From positions 186,001 through 250,000 of the forward strand of contig RSEE01000063.1 of the NCBI GenBank assembly GCA_003971905.1: a DNA stretch of 64,000 nt, read 5' to 3'. The notes beneath the pieces are model-generated. The model saw only the letters and a list, made by a program, of their open reading frames with translations, did not search any database and was not told the origin of the DNA. The position numbers and the translations under genes were made by a program. The number at the start of each line of letters is the position of its first letter. Within the stretch, counting starts at the first letter, position 1. Positions 38,501-50,501 of the stretch are shown here, one piece after another. Source of the DNA: Moniliella sp. 'wahieum' (Eukaryota).

Positions 38501-41325
38501 CTCCACCTCAGCTAGGTGATGCAGCCGTTCCACCCCAGCTGCTGCTTGGTCCTGAGCCTGCACCAAAGTCTCTGCATCTTCTGCTCGGCTTGCTGCGCCA
38601 CGAGGAGCGCTGCACTGACTTCTAACGATTCGGTGCGCAGTGCGTTATGTTGGTCCAGCAACGTGCGATGCGCACGACGCAGTTCTTCCAACTTGCCCTC
38701 TGCCAATTGAGCACGCAACAGGACATTTTGGTCAGTCAACGCGTCCACAGCCTGAGCCGCGTCGGCGCGCACGGTCTCCGCCTCCTCCTGGGGCACCGAC
38801 TCGGACGGGACGAAGGTATCGCAGAGGCCCCGACGCTGCTCGCGTCGTACGTTGTTGGGCCACCATTTCCAGTCGCCTGGCCAGGGACACCAGGTGAGTT
38901 TCGGCGTGCAAGGAGGCACGGTGCAACTCGTCGCTTATTTCGACTTGTGCCATCTTGCCCGCTCGGCGTGCGCAGGACCGGGGACCAAGGCGGCCCGGTC
39001 AGACTCATCCGTTACGCTCGGTGGATCGTGTGGTACGGCGTCCGTCTCGTTGCTCAACTTGCGCTCTAGGCCCGGGCCCGATGCACGTCGGGCCCGCGGC
39101 GAAGAGACAAGTTGATCGGCTTGCCTAGTGGATTGAACTTGTTCTGTGTCCGCTGGGCCTGAGCCAGGTGTTCGTCCAGCTCCTCGACTCGTCTTTCCAG
39201 CCGCGCATGCTGGGAAGAGAGGTCAGCATGGACCTCCTGTAAGTTCGCATGGTCCGTAACCAGAGTGGCATGTTGTTGCACCACCTGTTCATGCTGCTCT
39301 TCGAGGAACTGGTGACTCTGCTGCAAAACCTGGTGCTGTGCGAGCAAACGTTGATGATTGTGCGTCAACTCGTCGCGTTCAGCTTGCAGCTGCGCATGGG
39401 CTTGGACCACCTCTTCATGCGCCCGGGCCAAGTGGGCATGCTTCATTTGCCACTCCTCGCACTGGGCCAGGACCGAAACGTGGTTAGCTTGAACCTGATC
39501 CCGCGCCGCAGTCAACTGGATCACTCGTGGGTGGCCGGGGGGCATGGGCTTGGGCCTCGGCATCGGCCAGGAGCTGCTTCCAGCGGTCGTGCTCTTGCTG
39601 GACATGCTGTTCCCACTGGTGAATGGTACTTTGGTGGTCGGTCCGTTCTTGGGCGAGGTGTGCTTGGTAGTCTCGTTGGCCACCTGGTTCGCATGTACTT
39701 GGGCCGCATGCCGTTCCTGCCACTGCGCCAGCTCCCGTTCCAATGCAGCCTGCTCCGCACGGTGCTGGGCCACCAAGGCGGCGTGCTGAGCAACTGCTTG
39801 GCGCGCTCGGTCCAGCTCGCTCTCCATGCTGCCAGCTTTAAGGGCAATGATCTGCATCGCCTTGGCAAACGAGATGGACTCTGCGTCGTTTGATGGCGGG
39901 GAAGTCAAGGCTGCTGTAGCGGCAGCCAACAACTCCTCTTCTTGGGAACCCGACGGGTTGGGAAGAGCATCAGACGAAGCGTGTCCCGCATCGGAACCGT
40001 GGGGAGCGGGCGCAGCAGGGGCCGAAGAAGGCGACACGGGCATCCGGGCCAATTGGCGCGACAGGGCAGCCGAATGGTGCGCCACCAGGGCTTTGCGCAG
40101 CCCAGCAGCCTTGTCTGACAACGCGGCGGCTTGGTCTTGCGCTTGGGCTGCTGAGCCTGGGCCAGTTTAGTTTGGGCGTCGGCCAATTCGGCGCGTAAGA
40201 GTGCCATCCGACTCTCGGTACGGTCTTCTCCCTGGGAAGGGCTAGTGCTTTTGGATCTTGGTCGTTCGGGGTGAAGGGAAAAGTACCCCCCGGCGCTGTA
40301 GGGTAAAGGCGAAGCGAGGTAAGGGGGAGGGTAGATGGCAGAGTAGGCCCGGGAGAGGGGAGGAGAGGATAGGCACATCTGGTCCGTTAGTTCTTCCATC
40401 TGTTCTGGTGGAAGAGGTACGGCCAAGGGAGGATAGGTACAGGCGAGCTGCCGGGGTGACCGATGGGCGGTCGGGCAACGCTCCCGGGCGAACAGATGGC
40501 GTAGCGCCCGGGGTGGTGCCGGGGACAAGCCTTCGGTCGAGGGGGCAGGCGGGTGGACCGGGCGTGGCTCCTGTCCTCAGACTGGGCAGGGGGGCCATAC
40601 CGAACGGGTCGCCCAGTACGTCCAGGTGCATAGGTAAGAGCGGAGGCAAGCCCATCGACGCGTCGGGTTGCGTCGCCACCTTCGTCGGTATCGGTCGGGT
40701 GGGCGTCGCTATCGCTCCTGGCGTGAGCGGACGATGAAGGACGAGCGCGAAGGAGCTGGAGGAAAGGGAGCGGGAAGGGGAGCTGGGGAGGGCGGATCTG
40801 GGAAGTAGCTCAGGCCATCGGGACCAGGACAGGGTGGGCGTAAATGTCCAGTGCAGCATCGAGGAGGGAAGCGCGCGACGGACGCCAGGGGGACGGGGCG
40901 GAGAGGGGGGGGCTGGGCGTGGTGCTGGTCGCGCCAATGGCTGAGCCAGCCAGCACGTCCAGGGCAGAGTAGTGGGCCGAGGGGGGGCGGAGGCTGTCGG
41001 GCGCACTGACACTGGATGCGGGCGCAGTCGGGGTAGGAAGAACCTCGGCACGCAGGCCCCCGCCCAAGCTGGCGCCCAGTGCCGGTTCCCCAGCATACCG
41101 TCGAACGCAAGGACAGGCGCGTCAATTTTGCGGCAGACGAGGCAGGGGGGGAGGGGGGCAGGTCGAGGGCCCGCAAGGAAGAGGAGGGGGGGGGGAGTCG
41201 CGTGCGCGGGCCTGGAGCTCGTGGACGCTGAGCAGGCGGGCGAACGAGGGGCGGGCGATACGCGACTGGCGTACGGCGCGGACGATGGCATGGGCGTGCT
41301 CCTCGTCCTCATCGGGTTCAGGCCA

Positions 41326-41376
<51 letters not shown>

Positions 41377-41554
41377 TTATCGGAGGCAGTGTCGGAGTCG
41401 TTGGTGGCCTGGGTGGAGAGGGAGAGAGGTGGTCGTCGCTGTCGGAGGAGGGGAGGGCTGGAGGGCCGAGGAGGCGTGGGGGCGGGCAGGGCAGGGGGAG
41501 GATGGAGGGGGGGCGGGTGGGGAAGACGAAGGTGGCCATCGAGTCGACGGCCAT
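35521..41554 (-). CDS. Large coiled-coil protein with Pro-rich and poly-Asp N-terminus (possible UDS1-like segment)
   Basis: A chain of frameshifted minus ORFs rich in E/Q/L/A heptads from ~40200 to 35600. Start MAVDSMATFVFP. KAAGLRKALVAHHSAALS resembles the end of the Up-regulated During Septation domain (weak). Confidence 0.7.
41326..41375. repeat. (GTC)n trinucleotide repeat encoding poly-Asp on the minus strand
   Basis: Uninterrupted tcg/gtc run. Confidence 0.95.
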
Positions 41555-42351
41555 GGTGGTGTGTGTGGGTGTGGGTGTGGGTGTGGGTGGGAGGCAGAGA
41601 AGCAGAGGAAGCACCCTGGGCGTCTGGGCCGCCTGTCTGCCCGACGCGACGCCAGTGCCTGAGACCACCACAGCAGCCTGCAGGCACCGCAGCACACTGC
41701 CGCCCCGCCTGGCACAGCAACACACGCCCGCCCAGCCAGCCAGTGTCCCGCCGCGGCTGCCGCTGCGCTGAGCGCCGACGCGTGATGCTGGCGTGCTGCT
41801 GGCCAGCCGCCTTCCCCTGGCTCAGCGCCATGCCGCTGCTGCGCCGATCGGCAGCCCGGCGCCCGGCCGCCCCAGCAGAAGGCGAGCCCGTGGGGAGGGG
41901 GCGGGGCAGCAGTAGGGTGGACGCAGCGCCTCTGGGCTACTGCGGGGGCCGCCATTCCGCATGGAAGACTGGGCCAGTGCGGGCGGGTGGGCGCTGGCTG
42001 AGCACCCAGAGGCAGTGCGCACGGCGGCAGTGTCCCATGTCAGTCATGTCAGTACTCACTAACTCGCACTGAGACTCGGTCGACTCTCTGCACCAGCAGG
42101 TGGCAGTGTGGCCTGGAGCGGCCACCGCCGGCCACCGCACAGCTCGTCCGCGGCTGTTCCGCGCTCCTGCTCTCTGCCACACCCGGCGCATCGGGCCAGG
42201 GTGCCTTGCATCCACCATGCATCATGCATCATGTATCATGCATCATCGATCATCTGTCGTCAATCACACACCATGCATGAACAGTGCGCCCCCACCGGTA
42301 TCATGCAACCATGTATCATCGGATGACAAATTACCTCTGCATCCCATCAGC

Positions 42352-42437
42352 TCCTCGATGGTCAACGGCTATGATGTGACGCTCTCACTGCCCCAGCAGG
42401 AACCGTCAAGACCCGGGTTCGACTCCCGGTCGGGGAA
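42352..42437 (+). tRNA. tRNA-Glu(CTC) with 15-nt intron
   Basis: Acceptor stem TCCTCGA/TCGGGGA. Anticodon stem TGACG/CGTCA with loop CT-CTC-A-[ctgccccagcaggaa]-C. T arm CCGGG-TTCGACT-CCCGG. A T-tract (Pol III terminator) follows immediately. Confidence 0.93.
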
Positions 42438-43131
42438 CTTTTTGCGTATTCAACGCACTATCTTCTCCCCTTTGTCCCTCAGGCTTCAGGCGCACCCATC
42501 CATATCTCCTCCATTCAGCCCAGCGCGCGGTCCCAGTTGGCCTTCATCCGCATCCGGCACAGTCGATGAGCTCCTAGGAGGAGATACCCAGTCCTGCCAC
42601 CCTGGCCTCCCCATTTATTTCCCACCGCGAGCCAAGGGCAAGGGGGGCGGATTACGTACGCGACGCCCGTGCACTGCGCCCCTGGGTTGGATGGGTGTGT
42701 GGAGCACCCCCTCCACCTCCACCGCCTCCACCACCGCCTCCGCCACCCCTCCAGCCCCCTTGCTCCCGCCACGGGGGTTTGCTGTGTGGTATTATACCCC
42801 CCTCCACCGCCCCCCCCGCCACCCCGTCTGTGTTTCTCCACGCGCCGCTCTCTCTCCCTCTCACCACCCGACCCTCTGGGACCTGGCCTGTCCTGGCCCC
42901 TCAAATACCCCACCGTCACCTGCTGCGTGATGTCTACCCCCCCGCCTCCCCTCTGAGAATTGATCCTACACCGTGCGGCCATCCCGGACATCTGCAACCT
43001 CCCTTCCTCTCCCCTTGTCGCTGTGCTCTCGATACCAACCCCCGCTCCTCTTCTTCCCTCCGACGCACACGAACCCTCCCTCTGACAGTTACCCCCCTGT
43101 GACGGTGACGAGTGACACGTGACGACGCACC

Positions 43132-45093
43132 ATGTCTCTGCCTCTTGCGTCTGAAAATGCGCCGTCCATTCTCGTACAGTCACCTTTCCCCCCCGACTGC
43201 CTCCTGATTCCCCTTCCCCTCGGCGCCCAATACTGGTACTGCTTCGCGCCCCGCCTCTCTACGTCCGGTACATCGGGTACCTCGGGCGGAGTGCTACGTC
43301 CACGGAGCGATTACGCTGCCTACGTGGCACGGCTACGTATCGACGACGCAGGATGCGCTGATGCTGATTCAAGCGTCCAAGCAGGTCTGCTACCGCGTAT
43401 GCAACGCGTCTCAAAGAAGAAGAGCGCGCCCCCTCATCTGTTCCGGGCAGGTCTTCATCTTTGACGAGGGGGAAACGACGTTCGACGATGGACCGATGGG
43501 TTGGCTTGGAGTCCCAGTCGGATCCTACAGAATTCCTGGTACGTCTCCGTCCTTTTTTTGCCTGGTCGGGGCACGTGGCACGTGGAAGACCCAACCCAGC
43601 TGACCAGGCAGGCGTACACAACGTCGGAACAATGCCATGTAGGTGTATCGTCAAGTCAACAAGAAAGCTCGTGCCCGGCCTCGTAGTTCCGTGGAATCCC
43701 CACGAGAAGCTGAACCGCGCTCTCCTTCCAACTCGAAACGCAGCCCCTCTCTGATCCGGAGGAAAAAAGCAGCGTCCCGTTCACTTCGAACCTTTCAACC
43801 TTCCGCTCCCGACGCCGGCACTGCCACCGCCACCGCCACCGCCGAGAGCAAGGGGAATACCCGACCGATCCACCTTTTCCCCATCCCAACTGGTGCGATC
43901 GCTTACGCGCCCGCTGCCCCGTTGCCCAACGGTGAACGGATCCCATCGCTTGCTCCGGCTTTAAGTTCCGCGCTGCCCCTGGCACCTGCGCGTCCGCCTA
44001 AGCGCAAATCTACGTCTTCTCGCTCTTTGACCAACTCCACCAGTTCCAATCCCTTGTTTGTCGAGAATGGGCTGTACAAAAAAGTACGTGCGTTTGGTTA
44101 TCATGTTCTTCTCCTGTGCGATCCCAGTCACGGGGGTGCTAACCTTGCTAGTCTTCGCCCTTCTCTTTCCCGGCCTTTTGTTGTGGTTGTTTTTTATCGG
44201 TTGGGCCTGCAGACCATCTCAGTTGGCGCGAGTGGTCACCAAACTCATTTGATCGCATACTATACCCTGCAGGACGTGCAATTAGGTCGGCTGCCACGCC
44301 CGTCGTCCCAGGCGGACCTGTGCTCGCTGTCAGTTTCTCAAGACCTTCTCAAGGCCGCCTTGGACCTCCGCTTCCCACCCAAGGTGGCCGAGACCGAAGG
44401 AACGTTACACTACGTGAGCGAAAGCGAAGTGGGCGATATTCCCGCCAGCTTCTTACCGGATCCGGAAGCCTGGCTTGGTCCAACGCCATGGCCCTCGCCT
44501 TCGCTATCCCAATCCCAATCGCACTCGCACTCGCACTCGCACTCGCAATCGCCGCATTCATCGTTCGATCCTGTCGTGACGAGCTTAGCGTTCCCCTCCT
44601 GTCCTGCGGCGCTTGTACCTGCATCTGCGTCGGCATCTGCCTCTGCCTCTGCTTCTGCTTCTGCCTCTGCCTCTGCCTCTGCCTCTGCCTCTCTCTGCCT
44701 CTGCACCTGCACCTGCGCCGCACCAACCATTTCACAACACTGCACCTTACTTCCGCCCGCGACTTTCCTCCTACTACGAGTCCCACCCTGTCCCGACCAC
44801 GTCCCCCCAGCACCCGCCGGGGTCAATTTTGTTTCCCCCCTCGGGCCTGCCTGCGGATTTCTGGCCCAAGCAGAACTAGGGTACAAAATCCCGTCCCTTC
44901 CTTTGGCATTTCCTTTGACCGGTAGACGACCTAGGGGGCCCCTGTTGCCCATGCCAAGCCCTTCCAGTCCATTCTAGCCCCCCTTCCACCCCTCCCGCCC
45001 ATTCCAGTCCATACCTTCCCGTTCGGCTGTATACCGTGTGAAGCTCCCCCCCCCTGCGGACCGTATTCCTTCTGGCCCGAGCGCCCCCTTTGA
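43132..45093 (+). CDS. Gti1/Pac2 (WOPR-domain) transcriptional regulator
   Basis: WOPRa: DALMLIQA...GLLPR...ICSGQVFIFDE...RRWTDGLAWSPSRI...|VYRQ. WOPRb: GLYKK|TISV...HLIAYYT...GRLPRPS. Introns at ~43539-43642 and ~44084-44211. The 3' end is uncertain (44977 or 45093). Confidence 0.88.
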
Positions 45094-45607
45094 TCTCTGA
45101 TCTGTGTATACATCAAATTTAGTTGCGGCCGTCCTGTCGCTTGGCATGGTGCATTGATTGGCTCCAGGTGTGGCCGGTTACGCAGTACAGTCCCACCTAT
45201 AGACCTAGACCCACTGAGAGTAATGCGCCCATTGTGTTCCTTTCCTTTTTGGGTTCTTGGCACGTTTTGGCATGGGAGACGGGTGCAGAAGAGAAGAAAT
45301 AGGCTCAACTACAGTCATGCATCATGCAGTCCAGTCACAAGCCACTGCAGTAGGGAATGTGCATGGTGCTATTCTATTGTATAGTTCCTCGCTGTTGATG
45401 GCCGTGCAATCGCGTACTTACATGGACATTCTCTCTTGTAGTGTTTTGAGTTGGCTCGCTACCTTCCAACCCAACCACCGTCCAAATAATAGAAGAAGTG
45501 TAGAGCGTGGTGTGGTGAAGAGGAGGCGCTCGCCAAACACCGAGATGACACTCCGCCCTTGGTCGTCCCGCTTCACGCTTCTTCATCAGATCCTCCCAGC
45601 CGGAGAA

Positions 45608-45672
45608 GCGGCCTCGGCGGAGCGGCCTCGGCGGAGCGGCCTCGGCGGAGCGGCCTCGGCGTAGCGGCCGAG
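45608..45672. repeat. GC-rich 14-bp tandem repeat (GCGGCCTCGGCGGA) x~4
   Basis: Read directly. Confidence 0.92.
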
Positions 45673-45809
45673 TGGCGGATTGTCGTAGGTTATGCTTGTG
45701 GATGCGAGGAGGGAGGGAAGAGGGCGGTGTGACATGTGGCATGCGACATGTGAACGGGTTAGCGATGAACTTTGCATCCTCCATCTTCCGTCCTATAAAG
45801 CCTAAGAAC

Positions 45810-45956
45810 TATACTGTAACCACAAATCCTTGATACAGAGATTAGGGATGAGACAACGAAACTACGATGGATCTAAACCGAGCCCCGTTCATCCGGCGTG
45901 TGCTGCCTGTTGCTTGGCGCCAAACCCGTTTAAGGAACAAGGGGAATCGCCAGGAA
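45810..45956 (+). mobile_element. Dispersed repeat copy 2
   Basis: TATACTGTAACCA...ATGAGACAACGAAAC...TCTAAACCGA...CAAACCCGTTTAAGGAACAAGGGGAATCGCCAGGAA. Confidence 0.7.
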
Positions 45957-46108
45957 ATCAGGACCCTCTGATGCCCGTCATCCGTTCCCATACCCGCCGA
46001 GGAAGCGCGTGTGGATACGGATGAACGTGGCAGAGATCCGAGCGAGGAACCATCTTCATTGAGACTCATCAGTACTCAGTGTAATACTCAGTATACTAAT
46101 AGTCAGTA

Positions 46109-46233
46109 TATACTGTAACCATATCATTGACAGAGCTTAGATATGAGACAACGAAACGCTTTGCCTAACCTGACCTTCATCTGGCGTTTGCTGCTTGTTG
46201 CTTGGCAGCGCCGTCTAAGGAACCAGGAAATCG
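46109..46233 (+). mobile_element. Dispersed repeat copy 3
   Basis: TATACTGTAACCATATCATTGACAGAGCTTAG...ATGAGACAACGAAAC...TGTTGCTTGGC...CCGTCTAAGGAACCAGGAAATCG. Confidence 0.7.
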
Positions 46234-47318
46234 ATGTAAGGGCTAGTAAGTCTGAAGTACTAATTCGTTCCAGTGCCGTACTATTCTGGATTCTGAGACT
46301 ATAGTAAAGCTTCAAGTGACTATTCGTGACTAGTGACTAGTGACTTGAGAGGCCTGTGAGAGAGAAGGGCACTCGGGTCGCTAGGTCAGTGACGTATACC
46401 CCCGCGCCGCATTTGCCCGCATCTTTCCACTGATTGCATCATATGTATACCAAACGGATACCAAAAAGGCAGTTGGGCTCGGGCACTCGTCGGACCGAGC
46501 CCCGAGATGAAGTGGGGGAAAAGGGAGTGGCACTCGTCGCGCTGACAAGGCAGTGAGGGGGGGGGGATTAACTTAACTAACCGTCGACCGTGACTATCTT
46601 CTCTTTTTACAGGTGTGGCTGAAATGCACAACGGCTACTCGGTACTCCGTCTGAGTACTCAGTATTCCTCACAGAATGCAGTACCCCAAATTCATCTGGG
46701 AGGGAAGGGTTTCTGGTTTGCAGAATAGGATTTGTGTCAGATGTCAGAGCTGCTCCTTTTCCCTGCAACTGAGGACTAGTGACTAGTGACTGTACTGAAT
46801 CCACATGCAATCGATGGGTGCTTGATACTTTGATCGCCCAGACGCCCAAGCATGCTGGGGGGCGGCAGATGAGAGCAGGTACGATGGAGGGCGCTTTGGG
46901 CAGATGCTATCTTTGTAGCACACTACGCCACGGCACAACACCCATACAACGACAAAAGAGAGAGCACACAGATTGTGGGTGCAGAGTGTATTGCTGGGGG
47001 CCACAGCCCCCCCCATCCTACGCTTTTTGTTTCTCTCCTCGGCTCGGCTGGCGGCGATGCAGGGAGTGGGCCGGGGGTAACGAAGAGAACGTGCTAATTA
47101 ATAAGTGCTGCCGAGGTTAAGTGGCGGAGGGCGGAAGAGGCGGAGCGGAAGCGCCGAGGGAGAGCGGAGGTGCGTGCAAGGGCGTCTCTTGGGCAAGCGC
47201 TACCGGCTACCTCAGAGTGGGCTGTGGCACCGCGGCGCACAACACAGGAGTATAGCCATGCCTCGGCCGAGGGCAGGGGGGAGGTGTGTGAGCTGGAAGC
47301 GGGGCGGCGCCATCAAAG

Positions 47319-47357
47319 TTAAACGTTAAACGTTAAACGTTAAACGTGTTAAACGTT
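47319..47357. repeat. (TTAAACG)n heptamer array
   Basis: ttaaacgttaaacgttaaacgttaaacgtgttaaacgtta. Confidence 0.95.
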
Positions 47358-48553
47358 ACTACAAGCGCTGCTGCGGTGCAGGCGGGGCAGTGGCGCCACT
47401 GCGCCGGCGCCTTGGCTGCGTCGGCGTGCGTTGGGCGTTTGACCAGGGAGGGTAGCGACCAGCGCACCTGCCAGGGCCATGCATGGGCCTGCACCACAGG
47501 ACTGCCAGAACGCATAAGGCTACAAGGCCAACCACGCCTGCCTCGGTCGACCCAGAAGACACGGTGTACATCTCCAGCGCATTACCCGATGCAACAAGCG
47601 GCACAAACCCAGCCAAGACCCGCAAACCGAACCAACCCCCCCCCCACAGAGACAGACCATTACAGGACGCAGCACAGACACAACGACTGGGCTGCCGGCT
47701 GCCTGCAGTGGCGCCCGCGTGCCATGGTTGCTTGTGCCATTCTCCAGGCGAAGGCAGTAATGAAGCACTCTGGGTGTGGCCACTCCGTTGACGCAGGAGG
47801 TGCGCTGCACAAAGGCACCGCTGTTGCCCTTGCATGCGCATGTGCCCCCTGCATTCTATGCACGCCGGCCGCAGAGACACACAGCCATCGCAATAACGCG
47901 ATAATGACATGGGCCAGTTGCACGGTGCAGACCTGCACCCTACCTCTCTTCGTCGCGGCACCCGCCCTGCCCGCACCTGCCGCATCAGGGCATCCGTGCA
48001 TCAGACAGCCTACGCCGCATGCGCTATACGACCTTAGGCCTTATAGGCAGTATGTTGAGCACCACATGGCACCATTGGCCGCGGGGAAGACAACCGCAGT
48101 GGCAATGGCAGAGACAGACTGCCATGCACGCCACGCTATCCCCGGCACCTCCGCACCCATATTATATGCTCATCCATCGCTCGTCTGTGTTCAGTATCAG
48201 TAGTTGTGCATGGCGGTTATGCATGATGGAAATGTCCACGCCCTGTCCTCAGCGCCCTCAGCCTTCGCCCCTACACTCTCCACCCCCACCCCCACATCCG
48301 CTCGGGCGGCTCTCATCAATCATCACTCCTATCACTCATCCCTTCTTCCTCCTCCCTCGCTCGCGTCGCCTCCTTCTCAAAGCACCCCTCACCCCCCGGC
48401 TCTCGCTAGCCTGTTCCCTTCTTCCCTCCACCTCCCTCTTTTCCCTCTCCATCCACATCCAGCATCTGCTTCCTACCCGCACCCGCACTCCCGTCGCTTT
48501 CCATCCTTCTATCCACCCCCCACGCAGTGCACCCCCCTCTCCCTCATCGCACC

Positions 48554-49180
48554 ATGGTTGTCCACTCCCCTCCGCCGCCGCCGCACAGCCATCCCTGCCT
48601 ATCTGTTGCCGAGGACGAAACCTGCAGCACCGACACACTCTCTGTCTCTACGCCCCAGACCGAAGATAATAGGCCGCAACTAAGCCAACTGCCGAACCCT
48701 CCCCGCAAGCCAACGCTAGCCAACGTATTTGGTCTTCCTGCTCGCCCGCGTACACGGCCGGCATGTGCCATTGATGAGTTGCAAGCGCTATTGGATCGTT
48801 TAGAGGGTGTTCATCCTCCCCCTCCTCCCCCATCGCCACCGGCACTGCCCCTGCCCCTGCCTCCCTCTCCTCCAGCACAAGACGGCACGCTAGGAAGGCC
48901 GCTTGTCCTTGCTCCGTCGGTAGGCTCGCCCAGTCCCCTCCCCCCCCCGGACGGAGCAGGACGGCGCGGTTCGGCCGCGTACCGATTGGCACTGTTATGT
49001 GCGGCTGGCCCACCTCTGAGTTCGCCTCCTGCCATTCCGCTTCCTCTGCAGCCCGGGCAAGAAGTGCTGTCGAGCGCATGGGGGTGCGATGAGTCGGACG
49101 GACCGCAAGATAAGACGCGTTCCATTCTCCAATGGCGCCAAGAGGTGTTTTTGAGCCACGGACACGAATGGGAGCGCTGA
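48554..49180 (+). CDS. Hypothetical proline-rich protein
   Basis: Intact ORF MVVHSPPPPP...RSILQWRQEVFLSHGHEWER*. It has a CT-rich 5' leader, a good ACCATGG start context and an AT-rich 3' region. Confidence 0.55.
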   Translation: MVVHSPPPPPHSHPCLSVAEDETCSTDTLSVSTPQTEDNRPQLSQLPNPPRKPTLANVFGLPARPRTRPACAIDELQALLDRLEGVHPPPPPPSPPALPLPLPPSPPAQDGTLGRPLVLAPSVGSPSPLPPPDGAGRRGSAAYRLALLCAAGPPLSSPPAIPLPLQPGQEVLSSAWGCDESDGPQDKTRSILQWRQEVFLSHGHEWER

Positions 49181-50501
49181 GTGTCCGGATTTTCCTGGAG
49201 AAAGTGGAGGAGAGGCGGTGTTGGTGTATTTGTATATGACTCTCTTTCCCCTTTCCCTTGATCCTACATGTACATGTACATTTGCATGTACATCTCTCCT
49301 GTGGATATTATGTACGCACGGTTTTCTCGGTTTCGTCAATTGTACCCTCATCGGCATCGCTTTTGTTCCTGTTATCATTTCCATCTCTCGTCTCCATATC
49401 ATCCCCCCGCACCATCTACATCCTCTCCCACATTTCTTATCTCCATCCTCTCCATTATCTCCATCCCGATCGTTGTTCTCTGGCTATACAAAAAGGGAGA
49501 TCCGAATAACCAACACCACCATATATATTTGCTTCGCACAACAGGGATAAGCAGACACAGTGTAACGGATTTCATTCATATGCCTATACTCTCTCTTTTA
49601 CCTTTTCTCGGACGTATAGTTTCGTAGTGTAATACAGAGACCTGTTCCCCCAACCACCCATCCATATATTACTTGCCAATGGCCATTTGGGGGGAGACGA
49701 CCCCTTAGCCTCTTTCTCAGCCCACCGCAGTATTAGGAATGACCAATGACATCCATCCTACCACACCAACGACCGCTATAACGACGACTCCTCGTGCGGG
49801 GGGTGGTGCGATCCCAGTCTGTCGCTGTGCATTGTCGGTACGGCAGCTGGAAAAGGGCGATGGGCAAAACCGTCCTATGTATACATGTCAGTATAATCGA
49901 TGGAAAGGATGGAAAACATGCTGTGCAGTATTTAATCCGTCCGCATCCGGGTTTCCCCTGTGGCTGCAAAAACCAGAACACCAAAACCATAGGGGGGGGG
50001 GGGTTAAGCAGGAGGTGAGGCAGTGCAGGGGAGATGGAGGAGTGGTGCGCGCAAAAGGCATTCCGTGGCACTCGCCCTTGTTGTTGCTGGCTGGCAGGTG
50101 GCGGGACCAGTGGCTAGGGTTAGTCGGGCGGGCGCCGCCCAGCCGACGGGGAGCCGAAAAAGAAGCAGGAAATGGAACGCAGATGGACAAGTGGCAGTGC
50201 TTACGTGATGGTGTGGGGGAGGGCGAGTGGCGCCGTGCGGGGGAGGACAGCGGGGAGGCATGTGGCATGTGACATGTGACATGTGACATGTGATGCTGAG
50301 GGAGACGCGTGGGTTATGAGGTGGAAGGTGATGGGGTGTGATGGCGGGGGGATGTGATGGGTGCGACGAATGCGATGGCTGTGACACCTGGGATGATGCG
50401 ATGGATGCGCTCGTGGGCGTCGGCAGCGCGTCGACGGCTGTGCTCAACACCTCTCCTCCTGCTCCTGCTCTTGTCTGCGCCTCCACCGCCGAGCAGCGCC
50501 C

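Noticed and set aside
47346..48203. 285-aa ORF
   Set aside because: It has a non-ATG start inside a repeat array, no motif and no clear codon bias.
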